Source: Octopus vulgaris (Eukaryota). From it: DNA of 64,000 nucleotides. The DNA is taken from positions 59,768,001-59,832,000 of the forward strand of contig OX597818.1 in the NCBI GenBank assembly GCA_951406725.2, written 5' to 3'. The notes beneath the pieces are model-generated. The model was not told the DNA's origin. It worked only from the letters and a program-made list of their open reading frames with translations, and ran no database searches. Shown in pieces: positions 24,835 through 37,829 of this stretch. A program made the translations under genes and the position numbers. Positions within the stretch are counted from its first letter, which is position 1. Each line of letters begins with the position of its first letter.

Positions 24835-25710
24835 AAAATCTCCTGGACAACTTATTTCTACAACCTTGCACAATTAATTTTACATCTCCAGATACTTAAT
24901 TCTGATATGTTATGATAAAATGTTGTATAAATTGTGACAACAACATTCCACCGGTGTTCTTATTATGTGTAAATGGACTCTCCACATCATTGTAATTTTT
25001 TCATGCCTTAAAACCATTTCTACGAATTGCATTCTGCAGTGATTTCGCCATTATATCATTTCTGATAGGTAGTTATTATCGAGATGACATTCCCTGACTA
25101 CTGGTTATCATTCTAGTGACATGGCATCTTCGCTGTTTATTCCCGGGAGCCCTCACCGATTGGAATATCTGGGTTTCTTCTTTCGAGACATTCAAATCAG
25201 TTTTGTGTTTCATGTATATGTTGTTATTCGCTGTTGCTGAGTTTAAAAAAGTTTAATCTTAGATATGAAAATTAATATTATAGTTATTCCTCCTCCGTAC
25301 ACTACACTGTTTATTTATAAAACTTTAGCATCGAGCTGTCTAACAATACTGTTTTTAATATTTTTCTGATAAACCAAAGCGCTTGGGTTAAATGTTCTAA
25401 TGTGGTGGGGGCTATCCTCTCCTTCTGCATCCCTGGCCAGAGTCAAAGAATATTTTCTACGGAGATCCTTTCAAGCATTCATATTCTATTTGACTCGGGG
25501 ACGAAGAATCGCCCGTGCATGCACTGCGACATCTGGTAGCTAGTAACCACTGCGAAATGGAGTAGATTCGACTCTCAAAGTCTGTTTGCATTGATCCTGA
25601 GCTACCGGGACTTTAAGATTCTGGTAAGACCATAAACGTCACTGTTGATGTGGAAAGTTCACATCTGCATCTCACGTGTAGTTAAGTAACCCAAATACTG
25701 GTACACTTTC
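24835..25710 (-). mobile_element. Highly decayed R4/Dong-type non-LTR retrotransposon
   Basis: Minus-strand remnants in the expected order: YQYLG, LTRILKS, IRNDIMAKSLQNAIRR, WNVVVT, CKVVEISCPGD; parallels 4990-5673. Confidence 0.6.
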
Positions 25711-26224
25711 TGCTGCGTAACAGTGTGGGCATGAATTTATTCACTGCAGAGAACTCCGAACACAATATTTCTCCCAAATTTAATACTCTTTGCTTAATCA
25801 CATCTTACAAATGCAATGCATGACATAATATTATGCATTCATCGCTGCCTGTAGCTTTCCTCAGAAACAATTAGTTTATTAATTCAGATAAGATGTTTCA
25901 AAATTATTTTTTTCAGATTTTCTTCGTTTTAGAAGCAAGTGGCTAAATATATATTAGGAAAATTTGAGAAAAATGTTTAAACTCTTCTTTAATAGTTTAA
26001 ATCTTTAATATATAGCCCAAGGGCGTCCACAACGATGTTATGTGGATTTTTTAATGCTTATCTTCCAAAGAGCGAATTATAAAACGTTCATATTTACTAA
26101 ACAAGAAAATAAAAACGATGTATTAGGTTTAAATTTCTTCTCAGCAGCATTCCAGAGACAATCTACCCACAAAATATTCCGCTTTAGGAAAAGATGTTGT
26201 CAAAAGCAATGTAATAATTCCAGG

Positions 26225-26403
26225 TTAGTTAGTTAGTTAGTTAGTTAATTTTTTGGCTCAAAAAGCAAAAATCAAGGCCATGTAGGGGGACATGGAGTTA
26301 TGTACAGGGTGGTGTTCATGTAAAGAGTTCAGGCCACTTGAGGTCAAGGGAGACTTTGAACCGAGCGGTCGTCGGCATCTTCACCATCTCGTCTGGCAGC
26401 TTG
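26225..26403 (-). mobile_element. CR1-type LINE 3' end with (TAAC)n tail
   Basis: KLPDEMVKMPTTARFKVSLD* followed by a short UTR and a tetranucleotide tail. Confidence 0.7.
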
Positions 26404-27647
26404 ATGATGACCAAGGATGAACATCGGTTGACTATATTTTCGGTTGAGGACTTTAGAAGAACGTAGAGCGCTTGATGTCCACGTTTGGAAGAACAGAACG
26501 AATACATTCTTGTAATCCATCTAGAACTATAGCCAAGATCCTTGTATGCTATAAGCACACCTGGCATCACTGATTAGGAATTGCATAGCACATCACCTAA
26601 CTCACTTCTTCTCAGCAATTTGACGTAATAATATTATAATTATCACTGAAACTTAAGACTCTAGAAGAATAGGTTTAGTTACTTTATATACATAATCTAC
26701 ATAAGATTCTAGAATGTAATTAGCCAATAGTTTTTGCTATGTAGATGCTTTTGTTCTAAGGTATCAGATTATATACTTGCTAATAGCAGAACGTTTGTTA
26801 TATTTATATCCTAACTGAGAGCTTGTTAACAGCAGTTGTTAAAAACATCTCTCATAACATGTCACAGCTTTGTACAAATACCGTATAATCCAGGGAATTT
26901 TTGGTGTTTTCTTATCGAGAAGACTTCCTACTATAGTCTCGATTATATCACCACTGACACGGATTAAACTTCTTGATTTTCACATTCCAGATCTTTTAAC
27001 GGAGTGAAAACGTATCTATCACTGAAGGCGTATTGGCAGTCCCCTCCGTCTCTCTGTAGACCGAATTTCTTCTTGAGTATTTCTTTCAGACATTCTCACC
27101 TGATAAAAGTGTTTCTCACAGCATTTAGCCTTCATTTCAAAGTTCTCCATTTCTTTTCTACTATTCTCCTTTTTATTTTAAAACATTTTTTTCTAATTTA
27201 TTTTCCATTTTAGATTTTGTTTACATCAGATACGTATCGCTACATATCGTCTTTTTTTTCTATTTTCGAAATCCATGTTAATGTTTTTTCCTATTATAAA
27301 TTTTACTTAAAAGTGTTCTTTTATATGGTATCTTCAAGATACTACTTAAAGATTGCTCAAATGGAACGCTTATTTGCTAATATAATAGCTTATTAGTTTC
27401 TTGTAATTACTCTCGCTCTGCTAAGTCAATGATCGTCAACATCAACATGGTAGGTCTCACTTCAATACTACTACAGTATGGTATGCATTGCACTACATTG
27501 CACTACAGCTTTCATAATGAATCTGTTTTCTCTTTCAAGCGTTTATACATTTCGCTTCCCTTCCTTTCATGACTTTCCTGTGGTGATGTGCTGGGGTGAT
27601 GTGCTGCTTCAGTCAATGTGGATTATACATCAGTATATACATGTGTA

Positions 27648-27955
27648 GTGGAGGCACATGGCTTAGTGATTAGAGCAGCGGACTCGCAGTCGAGGGATCG
27701 CGGATTCGAATCTCGGACCGGGCGATGTGTGTGTTTATGAGCGAAACACCCAAGCTCCATGTCGCTCCAGCAGAAGGTAAGGGCGAAATTCTGCTGACTC
27801 TTTCGCCACAACTTTCTCGCACTCTTTCCTCTTACATCGAGCGACACTCTTGCAAAAGACCAGCATTCCGCCCAGCTGGAGAAATTATACGCAAATGAAA
27901 CCGGGAAACCGTCCCTTATGAGCTAGGCTTAACTCGAGAAAGAACAAACAGCAAC
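27648..27955 (+). mobile_element. Chimeric SINE: B-type head plus E-type tail
   Basis: B-like head and body up to CCACAACTTTCTC; tail AATGAAACCGGGAAACCG..ATGAGCTAGGC matches the reverse complement of 19606-19650. Confidence 0.7.
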
Positions 27956-29161
27956 ATACCTGAGAAATGTTTCCGAGTAAGTCTACTAGTAAGTCTTCAT
28001 ACATGTCTTTCCTCTCCACACATCCATGTTTATCAATTGAAAAGTCTGCCGACGAAGGCCGATATAGCTTAGCAGCAGTGTCATAATATACGTTGCTCTC
28101 AGAACGCAAAAGATATGGAACAGCGGCGCAGGAGAATTCGTCAAAACCGCTGAAAAATCTGTCAATCCATTGCCTTGGATTCGTACATTTCTTTTTATCG
28201 ATTTTGGAAGGAGAAAACACAAATTTAAACGTACCAGGAGTGTAACCAGAGTGTAGAGAGTCAGAACAAGGACCTCGAATCGTTTTATCCAGCACCCTGT
28301 TGACTCAATCACATTGTCATGTTTTACGGAAGCGTCCATTATACCTCAATCTGACATCGTGACTGTTATTAAATGTGGACTGTCTGTCATCATATCAAGC
28401 ATCATAATTTCTACAACCATGTGTAGCCTACTTACTGGAATATGTTGTTAACGAAATGCTATTTGTGTATTGGTCTCACTTTCGAGAGAATAAATTACAA
28501 TGAGTGAAATTCCTCTTTCGTCCAATAAATGTTACTTGCTGGCGTAATTATTTCGCTGTGATATAATTCCGCTCAGGTTCCAGTATATTTTCATTCTAAT
28601 CATACAACCAACACACGATATTATTTCGCCAATTTATAGCTCTGGTTAAATATAAATATGTATACGCTTCTAAATAAATCATTCCGTGTACAGAAAGAAT
28701 ATTAATAAACTTGTTGAAATTGTCACATTCGTGTAAATAGCATTCATTGATAACTACTATTAGCACTGGGCTTCTTTCCCGTTCATCTCTCAATCCGATG
28801 CTTGTAACATCAAATACCCATCACAGAAACGGAAATGGTAAAATTAAGTAATAATTCGCTCTCTTCTCGAATAAAGGGAAAATATCATCATCATTTAGCA
28901 TGTAACAAATGATTGCATAATTTAGTAAAATCAGAGGAGAATTATGTAACAAAGGTAATTCTATCAAAAGTAAATTACTTCCATATAAATCTATCAATGG
29001 AAAGGCACGTGATTCGCAGTTCATTCACGTTACGCTTTATACAGAGGAGTCATACACAAACACACACACACACACAATACAGATACACACATGCATTTTT
29101 GTCTTTATTCCTATATATGTGTACATGTACACACTCATTGATACACATGTATACATAAGCA

Positions 29162-29218
<57 letters not shown>

Positions 29219-29234
29219 CTCTCTCTCATCTATC

Positions 29235-29322
<88 letters not shown>

Positions 29323-29461
29323 TCGGTAGCCACTACACACATTTTTTCTCTCCGTGTTTCTCTCCTTGTTTTTTTCTGTGTCCCTTTCTAAAGAGGGAAT
29401 GGATTATTTCCTTCGATTTTGTTGTATGGAAAAACATGTAGGTAACTACAATCGTGTGTGT

Positions 29462-29492
<31 letters not shown>

Positions 29493-29634
29493 CGTGCCTT
29501 TGTGCCTTCGTGTATGTAGTATAGAACTGGTCAGTACTGAAAGCAATGCCGTCTTAATTCCCTTTGGAGAAATAAACTGGAGACAGACCCGAAGAAATGT
29601 TTTTATGTCAGGGAAGGATGATTGTTTCTTATCT

Positions 29635-29990
29635 TTTGCTTGTTTCAGTCATTGGACTGCGCCCATACTGGGGTAGAGCCTCGAAGGTTTTCGTCGAGCA
29701 GGCTACACCAAGACATTTCTTTAAGTCTGGTATTTATCCTAACGTTCTCTTTTGCCAGAACACTAACACGTATGAACGTAAACAAACCAGCACCATTTCT
29801 CAAGGAGTGGGGTGAACAAGCACAAACATACATATATAGGCACATATATATATGAAGGGATTCCTAACAGTTTCCCTTCTATGGCATTCACTCATAAACT
29901 CAAATAGCATTTTTTGATGCGAGATTATCGTAGAAAACACTTGCCCAAGATGCTGCAGGGTGGTCTTGAACCCCGAACCACTTGATTCCA
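29635..29990 (-). mobile_element. SINE family C, old copy
   Basis: TTTCAGTCATTGGACTGC tail and AACACTTGCCCAAGATGC core. Confidence 0.65.
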
Positions 29991-30006
29991 ATTGGTGCTT
30001 CTTTAC

Positions 30007-30437
30007 ATATTTCTATTTCTTTTTTTACCCACAAGGGGCTAAACACAGAGAGGACAAACAAGGACCAGAAACACGGATTGAGTCGATTATATCGACCCGA
30101 GTGCGTAACTGGTACTTATTTAATCGATCCCCGAAAGGATGAAAGGCAAAGTCGACCTCGGCGGAATTTGAACTCAGAACGTAACGGCAGTCGAAATACC
30201 TATTTCTTTACTACCCACAAGGGGCTAAACACAGAGAAGACAAACAAGGACCAGACACACGGATTGAGTGGATTATATCGACCCGAGTGCGTAACTGGTA
30301 CTTATTTAATCGATCCCCGAAAGGATGAAAGGCAAAGTTGACCTCGGCGGAATTTGAACTCAGAACGTAACGGCAGGCGAAATAACGCTAAGCATTTCGT
30401 CCGGCGTGCTAACCATTCTGCCAGCTCACCGCCTTTT
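30007..30437 (-). mobile_element. SINE family A dimer
   Basis: Head plus 2 units; TSD GTGCTTC(T/C)TTAC at 29995-30006 and 30438-30449. Confidence 0.88.
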
Positions 30438-30796
30438 GTGCTTCCTTACCTCCTACTCATTATATGTAGCGTGGATTGTGAAAAACAACCAGAACTCTCC
30501 TATTCTGTAACTGTCAGTTTCAACCAGATATCATGTTTATGGTAATTCAATTCAATGTAATTTAAGGCTTACACCGATTTGAATATGTTCTGTTATGATT
30601 ACATAAATGGTATCCCTAGAATATATAGAATCTATTTGACAAGTGGAAAATGTAAAAAAACAAAGAACAAGATCATATAACACATTAGCTCTATATTGAA
30701 GGTAGCAGCTGGAAAACTGAAATAATGTACATTACATATATGTATGCATATATATATCTAAATATCTGCATACACAAACACACACACACACATACA

Positions 30797-30867
<71 letters not shown>

Positions 30868-31204
30868 ATATATATATATATATATATTTTTACTCTTTAC
30901 GTGACCGACCAGTCCATCAGATGTAGTTACACATCGCTGGTCACAATGCGTTCGCATTGTTTTAGCCTTCAAATGACGCCACCCCGCTGGCTAAGCGAGC
31001 AGGCCAATATATATATATATATATAGTACGTTTATATATTTGTTGTGCAAACTTTTTTATGTGAAGTCGTGTGTTGAAACAGATATTGTTATATTTCGGA
31101 ATGGTCATTTTGCCAGTTTAGCCAATAAAAACACACGCACTATATATTTGGTGTTACTTTGCTTCAGTATTATTTATTTTTTACATTAATCTTAATCTTA
31201 TTTC

Positions 31205-31249
31205 GGCCAGAGTTCTTTCGTCACACTCCTGTGACCGCATCAGTGGTCC
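31205..31249 (-). ncRNA. HHR-like motif in the Penelope pLTR (A9C core variant)
   Basis: GGACCA-CTGATGC-G-GTCAC AGGAGT GTGAC-GAAAG AA CTC-TGGCC. Confidence 0.6.
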
Positions 31250-31534
31250 TTTGTTTTCATCTTTCTTATTTGTGTCTCTCCTTACTAACCATCATTTGTA
31301 TCTTCTGTTTATATACGTTCATGTAATATGTTTTTGTTATTGTTGTTTTTGTTTATTCTTATTTTGTTCATGTGTTTACATCCACTTATTATTATCATTA
31401 CATATGCTTGTATGTATGTATGTATAACAACAATACTAGTAATAATAATAATAAATTGAAAAAAAATATATAGTTATTTATTTCTATTTGTTTATTTGTC
31501 TGTGTATTTATTTTTTTTTCTGGATCCTCTACCG

Positions 31535-33358
31535 TCATATGTTGTGGTGTGTGCTTGTGTTCCATTCTAGTTTTCTATTCAGGCTAGGTTTATTTTCTAT
31601 TGTGTGTAGCTTCTGTAATTTGTCTAATTGTTGCATCTGTTCTATGTGTGGACAATATTTTAATTTCTATGTTGTTGATAGATCCCCCGTGTTCCTGTTC
31701 GGCGTGTTGGTACAGAATCGATGAGCTTTTACCTTCCTTGAGTTGTCTCCAATGTCCATTTACCCGCTCTCCTATGCTTCTTGCCGTTTCCCCTACGTAT
31801 GTCGTTGTCTTGTTACTGCATCGTCCCTCTATACATCTTATACTATAGACTACATTTCTGGTTTTACAGTTCGTTTGTGGACTAAATCTACATACAGTAC
31901 AGTACTTATCCGTACAGGGGGTTCTACTAAAAGGATAGGTTCTACCAATTATACATTTGATAGGGTTGCCTGGCGTTTCAACAACCTTAATCCTTAGCTT
32001 AAGTTTGTCTAGGGTCTTTCTAAAGCGGTACGCCAGTTCACCTTCAGGGGTGGTGTCAACGAACATGACACTCTGGTATTTATGGCTATCATACCAAGAG
32101 TTGGCCTTCCCTATTTTCTTTTTTGTCCTTTCTATAGTGTTCCATGACTTGTTCCTATAGAGTGGGCAAATCCCATTCCTATCATTACATAATATATTAT
32201 CAAATTTCTTCATGGCTCCTTTGTATACTCTGATCCTTTCTTTATGGCTGTAACCTGAGAACTGCATGCGATGAATGAAATATTGTATGTGTCTCTTTAA
32301 CTCTGTAGGCTCGCACATGTGTGACACATTTCTCATTATTCTCACGAGGTCTGCCATCAAAATATTGAATTTGGCATTGTCCGCAATGGCTGAATTCCGG
32401 TGGATCAAGTATTTTGAGGCCATAGGTTTGGCATAGTATGAATGAAGGATTTGGGTTTCACAATTTCAAGCCAGAGTTCAGTGTCTAGTACTGGTAGTCT
32501 ATGGTTGGGGTGCTTAGTGGGGTAGTCTATTGTGACCTTAATACTCTGGTGGATGGAGTTAGCTCTGGTGGATGGAGTTAGCTGGATGCTCTCCATAGTA
32601 TTAGTTTCTATTACTATATCAACAGTACTCTCTTGTGGGGGTGCCTTTACCACTATGTTGATATCATCAACATAGCGAGAGTACATGTTTACGAGTATGG
32701 AGTCCTGTGTTAGGCGTTCTTTAAGTCTTCTGTCCCACCATACCATGAAAAGGTTGGCCACATCACCAGCGATACTAACGCCGATGGCTGCCCCCTCGTC
32801 CTGGGCATATATTTTATTGATAAATTTAAACGTGTGGCCTTTTAGGGTAACTCTTATACTAGCTCCTAGTGCATGTGCGATCATTTTCTTTACCTGATGG
32901 ACATTTGCGGGGCTTCGTATGGCTCTGGTCTATCCCCGCCATCTTTCTATATGTGTCTTCCTAGCCATAGAAGTAAGTGTGGGCGGTCTACCTCTTAAAC
33001 ATCTACTGGGGCAGAAACTACTATGATTATGTTTATCTAGGTATACATTGTTACATGTCAGTCTAAGTAGGAGGCCCAATTCCTCTGTGTTGACATTACG
33101 GAACTCCACCTGGCTCTCGTTAATCATCTCCACGCACTTCTCCACCGCAAAATCTACGTCGATCGATGGGTATAGGGATACCACATCCATGCTACCCACC
33201 ATACATCCCGTCAGGTCACAAGTTTTGTTAGAGTCATTGATCCTGCTGAGGAGATCTTCTGTGCTGTCACAAACATCAGGTGACATCCGGATTATAGGGC
33301 GTATGATCATTGAGAGGAAGTAGGAGATTCTGTAATTGCTAGCGATAAGACAGCGGCC
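31535..33358 (-). pseudogene. Penelope RT/GIY-YIG endonuclease ORF broken into 3 or more frames
   Basis: ORFs 32930-33364, 32405-32884 and 31590-32423 join into one protein; the C-terminal PSLNRKLEW is in a shifted frame. Confidence 0.9.
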
Positions 33359-33364
33359 CAACAA

Positions 33365-33720
33365 CTCGGGATTAAACCTGCATGTGGCCTACGTAAGCTC
33401 ATTCAGCGCACGAGGAACGGAGAGGTGGTATGCCTTCCCACAGATAAGTCCGGCAGGATGTCAATAGACAGCTTACCGAACTACATCCAGGCAATGCAAC
33501 CTCATATCGCCAAAACAAAAATAACAACTTTACAGTCGCATGAGGAGAGAGAAAAGGTCCTCAATGCCCACATGATGATGTGGACTATTGTTCTGGGACC
33601 CCAGAAACGTACAGCAAATAATTTCCAAGCCTGAAACAATGATATCCCGGCACTGTATGGACTTCGCAAGGACCATAAAGTAACCGCTGACCCTATAGCA
33701 GTACCACCAACAAGACCAGT
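33365..33720 (+). pseudogene. Inverted N-terminal part of the Penelope RT
   Basis: Plus-strand translation gives LPTDKSGRM...*NNDIPALYGLRKDHK...PPTRPV, the motifs that normally precede the RT palm. Confidence 0.85.
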
Positions 33721-33721
33721 T

Positions 33722-33852
33722 ATATCAGTTCGGCAAAAGAGACCGATAGAATAAGTACTGGGCTTACAAAAGAATAAGTCCTGGGGTCGAGTTGCTCGAT
33801 TAAAGGCGGTGCTCCAGCATGGCCGCAGTCAAATGACTGAAACAAGTAAAAG
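33722..33852 (+). mobile_element. SINE family C 3' end
   Basis: GTTCGGCAAAAGAGACCGATAG...GGCGGTGCTCCAGCATGGCC. Confidence 0.9.
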
Positions 33853-33865
33853 TATAAGAATATAT

Positions 33866-33972
<107 letters not shown>

Positions 33973-34027
33973 TATACACATACACAGACACACATATATA
34001 TATTGTTAAAATTTATAGAATAACAAA

Positions 34028-34375
34028 AGACGAAGACAGGTGTATGAACAAGCTGGTGTTTTTGTTTGACGCCCGGGAAAGGAAGGAAATCTTTTACGTT
34101 TCGATTCTACGCTCTTCAACAGAAATGAATACAACACAACAAACAAAATGAGAATGAGAAAAAGAAACCTTTGTGGACTTGACGACCACTCATGGTGATG
34201 TATGTATCCATTCACCATGCTAGACCACGGAAATCTGCAAGTTTTTTTTTCATTCTCACTCTGTTGATCTTCTCTTATTCCATCCAGTTGAAGAGCGTAG
34301 GCTCGAAACGTAAAAGACTTTTTCATTTTTCCCAGGCGTCAAAGTTACTTGATGCTCATACCCCTGTCCTCGTCA
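34028..34375. repeat. Imperfect inverted repeat of two family-F units, each with an HHR-like motif
   Basis: Ends GACGAAGACAGGTGTATGA and TCATACCCCTGTCCTCGTC are complementary; motifs at 34090-34125 (minus) and 34282-34317 (plus); centre CATGGTGA..TCACCATG. Confidence 0.8.
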
Positions 34376-34385
34376 TATATTTATA

Positions 34386-34460
<75 letters not shown>

Positions 34461-34471
34461 CATATATATAT

Positions 34472-34900
34472 GGAATGAAACTGGAAAAAACCGACATTAA
34501 CAGGAGTATCTTTCAAGGAATCTCTGTCGCCCTTGCGGTTTATTCATAGTTTGTTACCGCTTTCCACGGTTTTGAGGAATATAGTGGCTGGTTCTAAACC
34601 GCAGAAGAATGAGATCAAATAACCAACTCCTGCTTAGGAGTGATTTGAAGCTTTATGGACCCAGCAGCGGTCAACAGGATTCCCTTATTTAGGCCGTATG
34701 ATTTTTTCACGTGGCATTCAGCTGGAACTTGCTTTTCATAAATACGCTGATTCTGAATTGAAGAGAGGGCGAAAAGTAGATAACAAGGGAGTACAGCTTC
34801 CCGATGATAAGCGTATTAGAGGAATGAATGGAGCGAGTTATATGTATCTTGGGGGTCTTATAATTAGGCAAGATGATGAACACCATGATGAAGGAAATGA
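34472..34900 (+). mobile_element. Decayed R4/Dong-type RT fragment
   Basis: INRSIFQG..LSPL, DLKLY, IFSRGIQLE..KRGRK..GVQLPD..YMYLG. Confidence 0.75.
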
Positions 34901-35269
34901 TTTCTTTTGTATATACAAGAGACCACAGTTAGAAACTAAAAGATATATGTTTGTATAGTCAGCTACGCAGAAAATATGAATGCGTGTATTACAATTGGGT
35001 AAATGTAGGAGGGTATTTAAGTAACTCATTCCTGATAAATATTGTTGTGTGGTAAAAAATTTGTTTCCCAACCACATGGCTCCGGTTTCAGTCCCACTGC
35101 GTGGCACCTTGATCAAGCGTTTTCTAATATAGCTATCGGCCAACCAAAGCCTTCTGGCTGCTTTATGTTACACATTTTCCTTATTTTGATTCGATCACTG
35201 CATCAGCATCTCCGAAAATGCCGGCAAAGGCCACAGGCACTTTCTTGTGCTTGCTTCGTTAGTCCTCCA

Positions 35270-35375
35270 CCACCACCACCACCTCCTCCTCCTCTTCTTC
35301 TTCTTCTTCTTCTTCTTCTTCTTCTTCTTCTTCTTCTTCTTCTTCTTCTTCTTCTTCTTCTTCTTCTTCTTCTCT
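35270..35375. repeat. (CCA)n(CCT)n(CTT)n microsatellite
   Basis: Seen directly. Confidence 0.95.
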
Positions 35376-36148
35376 TTCACTTCTCCTGCTTCTTAATGAA
35401 TAATCTAGCTGACAACTTGCCATAGCAAAATTATTAGATTCGACAGTGTGAGATTTATAAATATTTTCAACTCAGTAGTCATGATTAAGGTGATTATTAT
35501 ATGAAAGATATGATCTGCAAGAGTAAATCACTTCGAGCTTTGTCATGATATTAGAAATATATTCAACCCTATCAATAAAGGTCATTATATTTCTATTATC
35601 GCCATCCAAATATTCTCTATTTAGCAGCATTTCCTTTGTTGCATTATTCTCTTTGGGTTTCAGTGAATTAAACAATCAAATTAGTATACATCATAACAGA
35701 AGGTGATGTAATTTCGTATCAGTGAAGATGAAGCGCTATCACCTAATTTCGATATTTCAGTATATATGGAAGATATTAGATGTTACACGCACCATTTTGA
35801 GACAGAAGAGAGAAACAGGCCAACCAACCGGTCTGCTAATAATATTTATCAGTGAATGCAGTTTCACTAAGATGACATATTCAGCAAGTTTATAAATATA
35901 CCATTTGATCTCGATCTGAGTGAGCGATGAAATTACATGTTCTTATAGATAATCAGAGATGAGATAGAGCTGTTCTTAACAACTTACGAATATTCTTGGT
36001 TATATGCAGTAACACAGACGTGATGTTTTTACTTTCAGTTTCACTTTCGGTACCTTGACAGTTGTGGTAAAAGAATATAAAAAAACATTTCCGGTGAAGT
36101 AATGCCAAACAACCGAATTCGTGAGAAGGGAAGCTTAGTAGTAAATGA

Positions 36149-36766
36149 GTGGAGGCGCAATGGCCCAGTGGTTAGGGCAGCGGACTCGCGGTCGTAGGAT
36201 CGCGGTTTCGATTCCCAGACCGGGCGTTGTGAGTGTTTATTGAGCGTGGACCTTTGTAGGAGTTAATAAAATAATTTTTATGGGTTCTGTTTTTTTTTGG
36301 GTTTTTTTGTTCACTCTTTATATGATTTTAAAGTTTAAGCTATGTCTTCTTACTCTTAATTGTTGTTATACTTTGTGTGGTGGAGGCGCAATGGCCCAGT
36401 GGTTAGGGCAGCGGACTCGCGGTCATAGGATCGCGGTTTCGATTCCCAGACCAGGCGTTGTGATTGTTTATTGAGCGAAAACGGTTAAAGTTCCACGAGG
36501 CTCCGGCAGGGGATGGTGATGATCCCTGCTGTACTCTTTCACCACAACTTTCTCTCACTCTTACTTCCTGTTTCTGTTGTACCTGTATTTCAAAGGGCTC
36601 GTCCTTGTCACTCTCTGTGTCACGCTGAATATCCCCGAGAACTACGTTAAGGGTACACGTGTCTGTGGAGTGCTCAGCCACTTACACGTTAATTTCACGA
36701 GCAGGCTGTTCCGTTGATTCGGATCAACCGGAACCCACGTCGTCGTAACCGACGGAGTGCTTCCAC
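36149..36766 (+). mobile_element. Composite SINE-B: head, 133-bp spacer, then full copy, within one TSD
   Basis: TSD AGTAGTAAATGA at 36137-36148 and 36767-36778. Confidence 0.88.
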
Positions 36767-37164
36767 AGTAGTAAATGAACGGCGATTGAGATGTTAAGAA
36801 GCAGTAAAGATAGAGAGGTGATAAAAAGCTTGCCTTTGAGTAGTTTAATTCCTGGTTCAGTATAATTAACGTTTTGGTGTATTCATGTGATTGGTTATAC
36901 ACTCCACATCATTCCGTTTGTTGATTCACTCGTCTTTTGATAATGCATCACTCCACACATCTTATCAGCTTAAACAACTATTTACATTTTGATACTTCTA
37001 TACACAAGATACAACATCATCGAACCAGAGTAACCCCATCTGACAAAAACTTGTTACACCATCCAAGTATTATTTAAATTACATCATGTAACTTTTCTGA
37101 AAAGAAAAATAGAAGATACGCTACATAAGGCGTTTAATAAAGTTCTATATTTAAGAGAAGAATT

Positions 37165-37318
37165 ATTTACATTATTTACATTATTTACATTTGACGGATA
37201 TTTGTCCTCATCTTGTTTGTTGTTAACACAACGTTTCGGCTGATATAACCTCCAGCCTTCATCATGAGTCTTGGGGAAATTTCGAACTTGGGTTCTCATT
37301 CCTGAGGTATTTTTCAAT
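37165..37318 (-). mobile_element. Family D HHR repeat (core C3A, motif at 37225-37270)
   Basis: Matches 1398-1543; abuts (AAG)n. Confidence 0.8.
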
Positions 37319-37573
37319 CTTCTTCTTCTTCTTCTTCTTCTTCTTCTTCTTCTTCTTCTTCTTCTTCTTCTTCTTCTTCTTCTTCTTCTTCTTCTTCTTC
37401 TTCTTCTTCTTCATCATCAATAATAATGTATTTTAATTTAACTTTAAAAAAATGAACGAACTATTGAGTTTAGTTTAATGGTCTACCAATGTATACTATG
37501 AGTTTCTTTGCCCTAGGAGTCGGGAAGACACTCGACAAGAAATGGAAGCAAATTTGAAAGAAGAAAAAAATAA

Positions 37574-37627
<54 letters not shown>

Positions 37628-37628
<1 letters not shown>

Positions 37629-37745
37629 TCGAAAAATACGTTAGGAATTAGAACACGGGTTCAAAATTCCCCAAGACAGCTGATGAAAGCTGGAGGGTAT
37701 ATCAGACATAATGAGGGCAATATCCGTCAAATGTAAATAATGTAT
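37628..37745 (+). mobile_element. Family D HHR repeat with GAAA/stem III deleted
   Basis: (AAT)n-ATCGAAAAATAC...GACAGCTGATGAAAGCTGGAGGGTATATCAG...ATCCGTCAAATGTAAA. Confidence 0.75.
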
Positions 37746-37829
37746 AAAGCGTTTAGTCCTTGACGATCAATATCGATGAATAGAGTGAGTAGTGATTGGA
37801 CATTGCCGAATATGCAACAACAGCAAGTG

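Larger units (their letters stand above)
31055..33720 (-). mobile_element. Penelope-like retroelement, frameshifted, with inverted 5' segment and 3' pseudo-LTR
   Basis: RT motifs SMDVVSLYPSI, YAQDEGAAIG, RYVDD, LPVLD; GIY-YIG motif NVVYSIRC...YVGETARSIGERV..H; 3' region 31055-31450 is repeated elsewhere in the window. Confidence 0.93.
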
